From: Takakia lepidozioides | Taxonomy: Eukaryota > Plantae > Bryophyta | DNA: 64,000 nucleotides | Reading direction: 5' to 3' | NCBI GenBank assembly: GCA_030704615.1 | Contig: CM060732.1 | Location: forward strand, 52,452,001 to 52,516,000 | Shown: positions 1 to 9,665 of the stretch, in pieces | Layout of the letters: every line of letters begins with the position of its first letter | Position numbering within the stretch: position 1 is the first letter of the stretch | Position numbers and translations under genes: made by a program | The notes under the pieces: generated by a model | Database searches by the model: none | What the model was told of the DNA's origin: nothing | The model's input: the letters and a program-made list of their open reading frames with translations, nothing else

Positions 1-727
1 ATGACTTGCAAGTCTGACCCGACTGTGTTGAGGTCAACCAAAAGAGATCACACCAAATTGAATGAATGAGTGAAGGCTCTAAGCATGACAAATGAATAAA
101 TACATGAAAAAGGCACTGAATGTTTTCTTCTATCTAGAATCACTTCTAGTCTAGTGCACTCCTACTTCCTCCTCCCTCTTCTGGGTGGCCCACAGTTGAT
201 TCACATAATTCAATGATCTGCAGATACCAACACAGATACCATTGCTTATGGCTCTTGCAGTCTCATGCTCAGTACAACCGGATACAGTCATTTGATCCCC
301 CCTCCTTTTTCATACTGCTCTTCCCGCCAAGAGTGGACTACACAATGTACACAGTAAGTAAAAGAATGAATGACTAACTGACAGGCTCCCAACTGGAAAT
401 GAAGCCCTAGACCTATCTGACCACCTGTTCTACTATACATCACCACCCATCACAATACACATGCAACCCTCTCTGCAACGCCCTCAAGACTGCGAAGCAT
501 CTGATGGTGTTCCCTTCAACGCTGCCAAGCCATTCCAAAACGCCCATAGCTAAGTTAGTCAATGCTGTTCTCTGGTCAAACTCCATCCTTCCAAAAACCT
601 GGCTTTCCCATGCCTGCCCAGTTGTCCACAAATTGATAGAAGTTTCAGCTCTGAGGAAATACAATTCAACTTTGAAAGCAACACAGATCAACCGCCACCC
701 ACTCCACTGACTTCTGTTACCAGACAA

Positions 728-1377
728 TCAACTAACCAAGCTCTGCTTGGCCATAGCTGGGACTACACACAGCTCTGCAACCACTTCCTCCATTACGACC
801 CCCTTAGACCAAACCCCTGTAATGACTCTCTCCATATACAGTAGTTCCGTCCGTTCGACCCCCAACTAGGCTATATCCACCCAAAACCCAACATACACAA
901 GAATACAAGACGGTAGGACTGATCGGCCACACAGAATCGGAACAATCAGCCAATTTGATAAAGTGTCCGCTCTGACCATCGCACAGACCATTTTGAGGGA
1001 AAACCCTCACCTTCATTAACGGCAGTCGGTGCAGGCCATCCCATGGGCACAATCATGGCAAACAGCTCCCCTTCGGTGGCTGGTTCTATGGCAGATGCGG
1101 ACACTGCCTTAGCCTTCTTTTTCTCTTCAGGAGGAACCCAAAAGGATCCGCCAGGAAGCAGTGGGAGCCAATCCGGGGCGGCCTTTTGAATTCGGAACTC
1201 TTTCAAAACCTGCTCCAAGGCCCTGCTGCCACTCTTTTCACCCTCCCCCTCCGTACTCTCCTCCCACCATGCTACTCCTGAACAGCACCTGCTCCCCACT
1301 TGCATCAACGGCGTGGCCTTCTGGACCATGCACCATCTGGGTGCTAAGCACGCCAAACCCCGTGATACAGCCGCCAT
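728..1377 (-). CDS. Small conserved plant protein of unknown function (PDWLP-x-x-PG-x-S-[YF]-WVPP ... GWP family); probable exons 1377-1011 and 774-728
   Basis: ORF 946..1377 contains APDWLPLLPGGSFWVPP and EGELFAMIVPMGWP, motifs I recall from an uncharacterised land-plant family. Donor GAAG|GTGAGG at 1011/1010 and acceptor GTTGCAG| at 775/774 give the C-terminus ELCVVPAMAKQSLVS*. Confidence 0.65.
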
Positions 1378-2982
1378 TGACAGATTGGTTAAAGAAATTG
1401 AGTTCGAAAGGTAGCACTCAATCTATAAGAGCACACACAGAGAGAGGAAGGGCAGGGCAAGGGGCAACCCAGATCAGAGAAGGTCTGTACAGTCTGTATA
1501 GCCCCGCCACGCGGCCACCCACCTCCTGCACAACACCTGTCTCCCTGCTCCTCTTCTTCTTATCCCTGTCTCGCACTTCTTTACAATTCTTCAACAAGCA
1601 ACTGCAATCAAAGCCCCCTAGAGATGACGACCATATTTCTAGTGCAGGACGCACAGGGGACCTGCTCCATTAGAATCAGAACACGTGTCATACACGTACA
1701 GGATGAAAAAGTTGGCGGGTCATAACTCTTCACAAATGGCGCTGCTCTCCTGAGAAGAGCTCTCAGGGAGAAAGCCACCCACATACAAGCCGAGCGCTTT
1801 TCCTTGTAGTGCTTGGGTGGGAAGCTCGAATCCATGCAGCAGAGAGCGGACCAGGCTGTGGAGGTGAATTGGGTATGCCTGGGCTCTGGGGAAACCCAGA
1901 TGGCCGGGACGACGCCCCGGCCACCAGAGATAACCAAGGAAGGTATATATATGTAAATTTGTAGTGCTTTTTGGGTTTTGGAGCGATGTAAGGTCCGTGT
2001 TGTCCTCGATCCTTCTAAGAGCTGCAAGCATTCACTTTTCAATGTCGAGGGTCAGTTGCCAGAGGTGTGAGACAATTTTCCGTGGTCCGTCTGGAACGTG
2101 CAGAGAGACATCCGCCACTGAGGGATGGGTAAAGGGCAGAGACAGAAGTACTCATGTATGGTTTCCAGGAAGGCTATGACGAATTGTGAGGGCTTTGTCT
2201 CTGCGGAATATCAAGCCTCGCCGAGGTTGTCGCGTATTGTATTGTGCATGGTACGGACTCAGACCCAAACGCTGTAATGCTCACGCTCTGAAAAGGACAG
2301 GGAATTATGCATGGATGTAAGGGCTGTTCTAGACAAATGCTAGAAAAGAGTAACGCTAGAAAAGAGTTCTGCATTGCTACTCACAGTTGTGACACATGTG
2401 GCTGATTACACTGCCAGCCACACAGCGCTTTGGGTAGAGAGAGAGAAGGGGGGATATAATGCTTACACTAACAATGATAATTGAGACTTATCTCAATTGG
2501 AACAAGTGGCTATTGGAAGCTGCAAGTTTTCTGATGAAGTTCTTGAAGTGCTGGCATACAGGTCAATCAATTAGCATGGAATGGGACCGGCAGGAGTTCT
2601 TCTCAGAGTTTTTTCACCTGTTCACAGAGGTGGGACAACAAATTTGAGAAGGTGAGGCTATCTAATGGCAGAAGGCTTTAAGATAGGATTATATTTGCCT
2701 GTTTCATAGATTAATTCAGTGCTCCTCCTGTGAAAAGCAGCAGAAAAGTATCTTGAGTTGGTGCCAGTAGGTTTTTCTTTCTTTTCATGAGGGCATGAAA
2801 GTGGGTTGCTCGGGTTGCTCAAGGTCGATCCCTATTATTGGGAAGGTGGCTGGAGATTCATTGCCAGCTCCATGCAAGGCTGTGGTTGAAGCTGTGGTTG
2901 GTCAGCTGGCCACAGGTAGCTTTCACAGAGAAGTCCACGATCCCCAAACTTCAGACATGAGCGCATAAAGGAGGCCCTGTGG

Positions 2983-5634
2983 ATGGAGAATTGCTTGAAC
3001 CCTTCTTGGGTGAAAGCAGAGCTAGCTGCCGTGATACCAGGTAGAGCACAATCTGGTGACAGTTCAGGTTATGGGGTACAGACAGAGTGGGGTCAAAAAT
3101 GCCCTCAGACCGAATTTGAGTATCACCCACAATCTGTCGCTCGTGATGGACTGACGCTGAGAGTCATTAAGAACTCTTCTGGCGATTGTGTGAGGACATT
3201 ATGCAAGGCAGGACGATTGAAAGAGGCACTGCAAATCTTGAACCAAAGAGGCTTTCTGGCAGACTCCAGCACTTATGTCTCTCTCTTGCAGGAGTGTGTC
3301 AACATGAAAGGCCTAGCAGAAGGAAAGCAGGTGCACACTCACATAATCCAGAGTGGATTCAAACCTAATATTTATCTGTTCAACAGCCTTGTTAACTTGT
3401 ATGCGAAGTGTGGGGCCGTGCTGGCTGCATGCCAAGTGTTCAACCAAATGCCAGAACGTGATATGTTTACATGGAATACAATGATAGCAGGATATGCCAA
3501 GCATGGGTATGGTAGGGAAGCTTTTGAGGTCTACAAGAAAATGATACAGAAAGGGGTGATGCCAAACACGGTGACGTTCACTTGTATTCTTAAGGCATGT
3601 GCCAACCTAGCAGCCCTAGAAAAGGGCATAGAGGTCCACACTTATATTATCAAAATTGGAATTGCACCAGATCTCATTCTCCAAAACACCCTCGTGGACA
3701 TGTATGCCAAATGCGGAAGCATACAGGATGCACGTCAAGTGTTTGACAATATGGCTAAACGAGATGTGGTGTCATGGAACTCCATGATCACAGGATATGC
3801 TCATCACGGGTGTGGTAGGGAGGCTTTCAATCTCTACGAGCAAATGATTCAAGAAAGGTTTTCACCCAACAGGGTCACGTTTATTTGTGTTCTTAAGGCG
3901 TGCGCCAGTCTGGCAGCCCTAGAAAAAGGTGAAGAGGTCCACGCTGACATCATCAAAGCTGGAATTGTGCCAGATATGATTCTGGAGAATACACTCGTGG
4001 ACATGTATGCCAAATGCGGGAGTATAAAGAATGCGGGACAAGTCTTTGACAAAATGGTTAAACGAGATGTCGTGTCCTGGAATGCCATGATCGCCGGATA
4101 TACTGAGCACGGGTATGGTAGGGAGGCTTTGAAGATGTATCATCAGATGCAACAGGAAGCATTGATGCCCAACGGGATCACATTCACTTGTGTTCTGAAG
4201 GCTTGTGCCAGCCTCACAGCCCTGGAAAAGGGCATAGAGGTCCATCAGGACATCATCAAAGCTGGAATTGCATCACATATCATTGTGGAGACTGCCCTTG
4301 TCGACATGTATGCCAAATGCAGAAGCATAAAGGATGCCCGTCAAGTATTTGACAATATGGCTCAACGCAATGTGGTCTCTTGGAGTGCCATGATTGCAGG
4401 ATATTCTGAGCATGGGGGTGATAAGGAAGCCTTTGACATTTATGAGAAAATGCTACGGGAAGGGGTGAAGCCAGACAGAGTGACATTCATCTGCGTTCTT
4501 AAGGCGTGTGCCAGCCTGGCAGCTCTGGAAAAGGGAATAGAGGTCCATGGCGACATCTTCAGAGCTGGAATTGTGCCAGATATCATTCTGGAGAATACCC
4601 TCGTTGATATGTATGCCAAATGTGGGAGCATAAAGGATGCCCGTCATGTATTTGACAATATGGTTCAGCGAAGTGTGGTGTCATGGAGCGCCATGATAGC
4701 AGGACTTGGTCAGCATGGGTGTGGAGTGGAGGCCCTCCAACTGTTTGAACAAATGCAACAGGAAGGCTTGAAGCCAAATGAGACCACCTTTATATGTGTT
4801 CTCTCTGCATGTAGCCATGTGGGCCTGGTAGGTGAAGGGCTTCACTACTTTGATTCCATGAGTCGAGATCATGGCCTCCACCCTAAAGGGGAGCATTTTG
4901 GTTGCATGGTGGACCTTCTTGGTCATGCAGGCCAATTAGAGGAGGCAGAGGACTTGATGAACAAAATGCCAATAGAACCTGATGGTGCAGTGTTGGCTGC
5001 CTTGCTTGGTGCCTGCAGAATTCATGGCAATGTGGAGGTAGCAGAGCGTGCGGCAAAATGCCTTCTGAAGCAGGATCCAGGGCATGCTGCAACTTATGTG
5101 CTGCTATCAAACATCTATGCTGCTGCTGGAAGGTGGGACGATACTGAAAAGGTGAGAAAAATGATGCAGGACAGAGGGGTCAGAAAGGAGGCAGGGCACA
5201 GCTGCTTTGAGGTGGACAACCAGGTGCATACATTTGTTGTAGAAGACAAATTGCATCCACATATTGAGGTTATACATGCTAAGCCGAAGAGTTTGTCAGG
5301 GCAGATGAAGGAGGCTGGGTATGTGCCTGACACTCGCTTTGTGTTGCATGATGTGGAGGAGGAGCAAAAGGAATTTTCTCTTTGCCACCACAGTGAGAAG
5401 CTGGCAATTGCTTTCGGTCTTATCAGCACGCCGCCTGGGACTCCTATCTGTGTCAACAAGAACCTTCGGGTGTGTGGTGACTGCCACACAGCCACCAAGT
5501 TCATCTCGAAGATTGTTGAACGAGCAGTAGATTGTGCGGGATGCCAATCACTTTCACCACTTTCAACATGGGGTTTGTTCTTGTGGGGATTATTGGTGAA
5601 CAAGAAATTTTGTGGAAAAAATGCTTGGCTTTAG
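2983..5634 (+). CDS. PLS-class pentatricopeptide repeat protein with E and DYW cytidine-deaminase domains (organellar C-to-U editing factor); 1-nt frameshift near 5530 removes the DYW tail
   Basis: Tandem P-L-S repeats (LVDMYAKCG / DVVSWNAMI / TFTCVLKAC), PG-box-like RKEAGHSCFEV, GYVPD, HSEKLAIAFG and CGDCH. The tail IVRDANHFHHFQHGVCSCGDYW* lies in another frame at 5531-5599. Confidence 0.95.
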   Translation: MENCLNPSWVKAELAAVIPGRAQSGDSSGYGVQTEWGQKCPQTEFEYHPQSVARDGLTLRVIKNSSGDCVRTLCKAGRLKEALQILNQRGFLADSSTYVSLLQECVNMKGLAEGKQVHTHIIQSGFKPNIYLFNSLVNLYAKCGAVLAACQVFNQMPERDMFTWNTMIAGYAKHGYGREAFEVYKKMIQKGVMPNTVTFTCILKACANLAALEKGIEVHTYIIKIGIAPDLILQNTLVDMYAKCGSIQDARQVFDNMAKRDVVSWNSMITGYAHHGCGREAFNLYEQMIQERFSPNRVTFICVLKACASLAALEKGEEVHADIIKAGIVPDMILENTLVDMYAKCGSIKNAGQVFDKMVKRDVVSWNAMIAGYTEHGYGREALKMYHQMQQEALMPNGITFTCVLKACASLTALEKGIEVHQDIIKAGIASHIIVETALVDMYAKCRSIKDARQVFDNMAQRNVVSWSAMIAGYSEHGGDKEAFDIYEKMLREGVKPDRVTFICVLKACASLAALEKGIEVHGDIFRAGIVPDIILENTLVDMYAKCGSIKDARHVFDNMVQRSVVSWSAMIAGLGQHGCGVEALQLFEQMQQEGLKPNETTFICVLSACSHVGLVGEGLHYFDSMSRDHGLHPKGEHFGCMVDLLGHAGQLEEAEDLMNKMPIEPDGAVLAALLGACRIHGNVEVAERAAKCLLKQDPGHAATYVLLSNIYAAAGRWDDTEKVRKMMQDRGVRKEAGHSCFEVDNQVHTFVVEDKLHPHIEVIHAKPKSLSGQMKEAGYVPDTRFVLHDVEEEQKEFSLCHHSEKLAIAFGLISTPPGTPICVNKNLRVCGDCHTATKFISKIVERAVDCAGCQSLSPLSTWGLFLWGLLVNKKFCGKNAWL

Positions 5635-6099
5635 ATGTAAGTGAGCCCAGGTTGGATCTTTTCCGGCATACTTCTATACTCATAACCTGATAGGCTATGA
5701 CAAGCATGCAGCTTGGGTGGGAGGTTATGTAAGAAAATTGATGTGTAGCTCGCATGGAGACTTCCTCTCTTCTGTAGTAAGACTATGCATCATGTTGAAG
5801 TCAATGTAGAAAATGTAGTTGAAGGACCTTACACAGTGTTAAGGCTCCGATTGGTGCTGAGTCATGCCCTTAGTCTCGCCTCCCCCTTATCTTTTCCCAA
5901 AGCAAGACTAAGAGAGGAAAGCACTGAAACTGAATTAAAAAGAGGTTGATTACAAAAGAAACATATAACCTCAATAATGTGGATTAGGAAAGCAGAGCGT
6001 TTCCTACGAAGGGGCTCAAAATTCAAATACACTTTCAATTTTGAGTTCATAATTTTATGATGCCTAAAGGAAAAGTTAATAATCTCAAGAGGGTGCTTG

Positions 6100-6420
6100 G
6101 ATACTGACCTTGACAACAAAGCTGGCGCAAATAGAGCCGAGTGCTTGGCATGTGACTTATAGTATGGTTTGTACTGAGCTGCTTTACCCCGTCAGCATAG
6201 TTGCAACTGAGATTAACGGGTTGAGATGTCCGCCAGATGCAGCCAGAATACAGAAAGACAGAATGGCGCCTTGTATTATTGCAAGTGCTATGATGGGACT
6301 GGAATAGCCCTGCTCCAGGATTGAAATTGTGGCAGAGATGCTCATAAACATTAGGGTCAAAGTGGCCACAAATTCCATGGCCACTGCCCTCCATATCTGA
6401 GCCAAGACATCCATATAAGA
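6100..6420 (-). pseudogene. Aquaporin (MIP) N-terminal half, XIP-like, with in-frame stops
   Basis: IWRAVAMEFVAT...ASGGHLNPLISVATMLTG* then SSSVQTIL*VTCQALGSICASFVVK. MIP signature SGGH-x-NP with the variant NPL. Two TAA stops; no second NPA half found. Confidence 0.8.
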
Positions 6421-7672
6421 TCATTTCTCTGAATAGTTGAGGCCCCTCCAAGGTTTCTAGAGCTCTACGGGTGGTCTTCCAGGCCTCCAGTTTATTTTGT
6501 CATCCGGATGTGCAGAAGAATTTCACAAATTAGGAAAGCCTCGAGCAATTGACAAAGTTGGAGGACCAGTATCTCTGCTAATCAGAAAGCTAATCAGAAT
6601 GTCAAATGCAGAGGATGTTACACCTGTCCCTCGAGGCATTGAAATCATGAAGAAGAATCTATTGTTTGTTTTAAAAACATCTAATGTAATTGATGCAAAG
6701 CACATATTCCACGTTTTATCTCCTTTAACAAGTAAATCATGTGCAAAGCAGCCTTTAAAGCTGTGGTCGGTGGATCTTGTATGGGATTAGACACGCTTAC
6801 AACGGCATTTCCATAAATGCTAGAGAGCTAAAGTTTTGTGACAAGTCCAGAAACCACAAGAACTTCATGTGCATCAACCAGATGCAACTCCATGCTAATA
6901 GAGTATACCACCTTCCAAGCGACATTAAAAAAAGACTGGACCTTATTCCAATGAAATATGCAAAATTGGTAAGCACAGTCAGTAAGCAGCCAGACTGTTT
7001 CAGACTTAAAAGTTGAGAGACACGGAAGCTGGTTCATCTGGAGGATCCAGAAACCTGAACACCGCTTCAGTCAAAATGCAAGAGTCATGAACACTAAGGA
7101 AAATGGGTAAGGAAAATGGGAGCCACCTAGGGCCACCCTCGTACGAGTTCTGAGAAAATTGCAAGGCAGCACTGAACCAGAGGTCCTAAGCCAAAGCACA
7201 AACCTAAGCTGAGAACCAGAATGACAACCCATCAAAGCATGAACAAGCAACCAGAAAAAAGACAGAAGGCATATCTCAATCTGGGCCAGCCAGAAACCAG
7301 GAAACAGCCTTACTTCGAGCAGCCTAGAGACTACAGCTAACAAGGCACTGGATGGTCAAGCAAGAGAATGAAGCCTTCACCAGCTGGGCTTCAGAAACAA
7401 ACTCCATCAACGCTTTTGCCTGAGTGATTCAAATTTTAGATGTGCGCGGACATTAGAATCCCGATTCTTTTCTATGCCTCCAATTGATGTCCTATCCTCC
7501 GGGAATCCGGGGGAGGCTCGGTAACTAGGAGAGTCCCCAATCGACTGGAGGTCGAGGTGACCAAGTGACTCTATCTCCCTCGCGTTTGCACAAAATTCCA
7601 AGGTAAGCCCATTCTGCATCAAATTGTGCGAGCAGGGCTGTCCTCCTGCTCTCAGGACATCTGCGAATCATG

Positions 7673-8272
7673 TTATATTGCAACCTTTTTGGTGCTTTCT
7701 TCAATCCACTTCAAGTATTTGTCATTACCTCCAGTGATGGGCAAGGCGATGACTTCTGGCGTATCATAGGGATGATTGGACTTCACATGAGCAGTGAGAG
7801 CATCCAGGAGAGATTGCCGTGTCTTGATTATCAACAGCAGCTCTGACTCCACCTCAACCTTGCCCTCCCACCAATATGTGGACTCTACCCCGGGAACTTG
7901 ACTGACACAAGCTGCAAGCTTATTTTCTATAATGCTTTGTGCCAGCTTTGTACCTGTTCCTTTGTCAGGCACGGTAACATAGACAACGATTACAGGCACG
8001 CCTTCATTGGCCATTGCATGCGCACTAGAAGCTGCTACACTTGCAGAAGGCTGCTGGAACATGCGTACCCAGCCTGGGCTGCAAAGAAACCAGTTGGAAA
8101 AAGAAAGCCTCAAAGGATTCCTCAATAAACGGAGAGGCAGAAAGGACGGAGCAGGTAAAACTCTCTGACTTGGAACAGCACCAGCGAGCGATGAAGCCAG
8201 AGCTCGCATGGTCATTCTTGCAGCGTAGGAAGAAGACAACCCTATTTCCGTTTGTGAACAAATAGACTTCAT
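7673..8272 (-). CDS. CUTA: CutA divalent-cation tolerance protein with N-terminal transit-peptide-like extension (intronless)
   Basis: IVVYVTVP...LAACV...STYWWEGKVE...LLIIKT...HPYDTPEVIALPI..G..YLKWI is the CutA1 core. The N-terminus is Ser/Ala/Arg-rich. The true start codon is uncertain. Confidence 0.93.
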   Translation of the reverse strand: MKSICSQTEIGLSSSYAARMTMRALASSLAGAVPSQRVLPAPSFLPLRLLRNPLRLSFSNWFLCSPGWVRMFQQPSASVAASSAHAMANEGVPVIVVYVTVPDKGTGTKLAQSIIENKLAACVSQVPGVESTYWWEGKVEVESELLLIIKTRQSLLDALTAHVKSNHPYDTPEVIALPITGGNDKYLKWIEESTKKVAI

Positions 8273-8328
8273 TATTATTATTATAGAGGGCTCGTTATTC
8301 CGACAATCCCATTATTCCTCAATGGATA

Positions 8329-8714
8329 TAGGGTAGCATGTGCCGTTGGCCCAAGTGTCCAGTGTCATCTAAGCCCAAGTGCAAACTCCTATGTGTGTCT
8401 CCCATGTCGAGGCCCAAGTGCGACCTCTAGTAGGGTAGCCTCTCCCGTTCGCCCAAGGGTCTAATATCATCTAAATTCAAATGCATTTTTTTTCCACAGA
8501 GCCTACGACCAGATTTGAACCGGAGACCTTTCCCTTGATATCTCTCCTCTCGAGGCTCCAACCATTGTCCCAGGAATGCCCACTTTGCCATTTTTGCTAT
8601 TTTTTGTGAATTTCCAGCGACCAAAAGTACTTGGAATTCCACATCTCCCACACCGCAGGTCCAAAAATCATGAGACCAAGCCCATGCACCCCTCCTCATA
8701 GAGAGCTTTCCAAC
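8329..8714 (+). repeat. Dispersed non-coding repeat, copy 1 (terminus TAGGGTAGC-x-TGTGCC, internal CCCAAGTG sub-repeats)
   Basis: Homologous to 8766-9665 and to the reverse complement of 21484-21834. Confidence 0.75.
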
Positions 8715-8765
8715 GGTACCAAGCACCAGGGCCGGGGCAACAAACATCTCGCTTCATATATTGAC

Positions 8766-9665
8766 TAGGGTAGCTTGTGCCATTGGCCCAAGTGTGCAGT
8801 GTCATATAAGTCCAAGTGCAATCCCATATGTATCCAAGTGCGTCTCATATGTCGAGGCCCATTTGTGAAGAAATGAAATCTAAGACCAAGTGCAATTTTC
8901 TCTATATCCAAGTGTGTCTCCTATGTCGAGGCCCATGTCGTGCGCATACATATCGCTACACAACTACATCGATGTCCAAACCACACCACGCATACCTTTA
9001 TCTCTCTCGAGTGATAAAAAAGAACTAAACTCAAATAACAAGAGAAACACAAAACACAACACCATCACTCTTTAAAATAATAGTCGAGCCAAGAGCACCC
9101 CAAGCTATGGGGACTCCACCCCACAACAACCTATCATCCCTTCATAAGCACATTCGGGTTCTGGACGGTGAAGGAGCTCGGTCGTGCTCAACTCGAGAGA
9201 GATGAGCCGCACGACTGACGCTCTCATGAAGATAAGACGGTTCAGGTGTCAAACTAAACTTGACACTTGACTTACCACTTGAACTAAATCCAAGTGTTAA
9301 ATACAAATAACTAGCTTTATTCTAGTTAATTTCACACTGTGTTTATTTAACTTTACACCCATTTAAGCCCCAATGCAATCTTCTATTCATGTATCCAAGT
9401 ACATCTCCCATGTAGAGCCAAGTGTCCAATGTCATCTAAGTCTAATCATTTTTTTTCAAAGAGCCTACAACCAGATTTGAACCGGAGACCTTTTCCTTGA
9501 TATCTCTCCTGTAGAGCCTCCAACCATTGTCCAGGAGAGCCCACTTTGCTATTTTTCCCAAATTTTCAGCGACCCAAAGTACTTGAAATTCCACATCTCC
9601 CACACCGCAAGTCCAAAAATCATGAGACCAAGTCAGTGCACCCCTCCTCATCGAGGGCTTTCCAG
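8766..9665 (+). repeat. Dispersed repeat, copy 2, interrupted by a solo retroelement terminal unit
   Basis: Same terminus and the same ACCAGATTTGAACCGGAGACC...GTCCAAAAATCATGAGACCAAG block as copy 1. Confidence 0.75.
8936..9357 (-). mobile_element. Solo terminal unit (B-A) of the DNMT/PHD Gypsy family
   Basis: Begins TGTCGTGCGCATACATATCGCTACACAACTACATCG, as at 54235, and ends ...TAACTTTACA, homologous to ...TAACTTGACA at 54745. TG...CA ends, flanked by the direct repeat CCCA (8932-8935 and 9358-9361). Confidence 0.85.

Noticed and set aside
5180-5500. U-to-C type (KP) DYW domain
   Set aside because: The motifs are the standard HSEK/CGDCH/DYW, with no KPAxA-type PG box.
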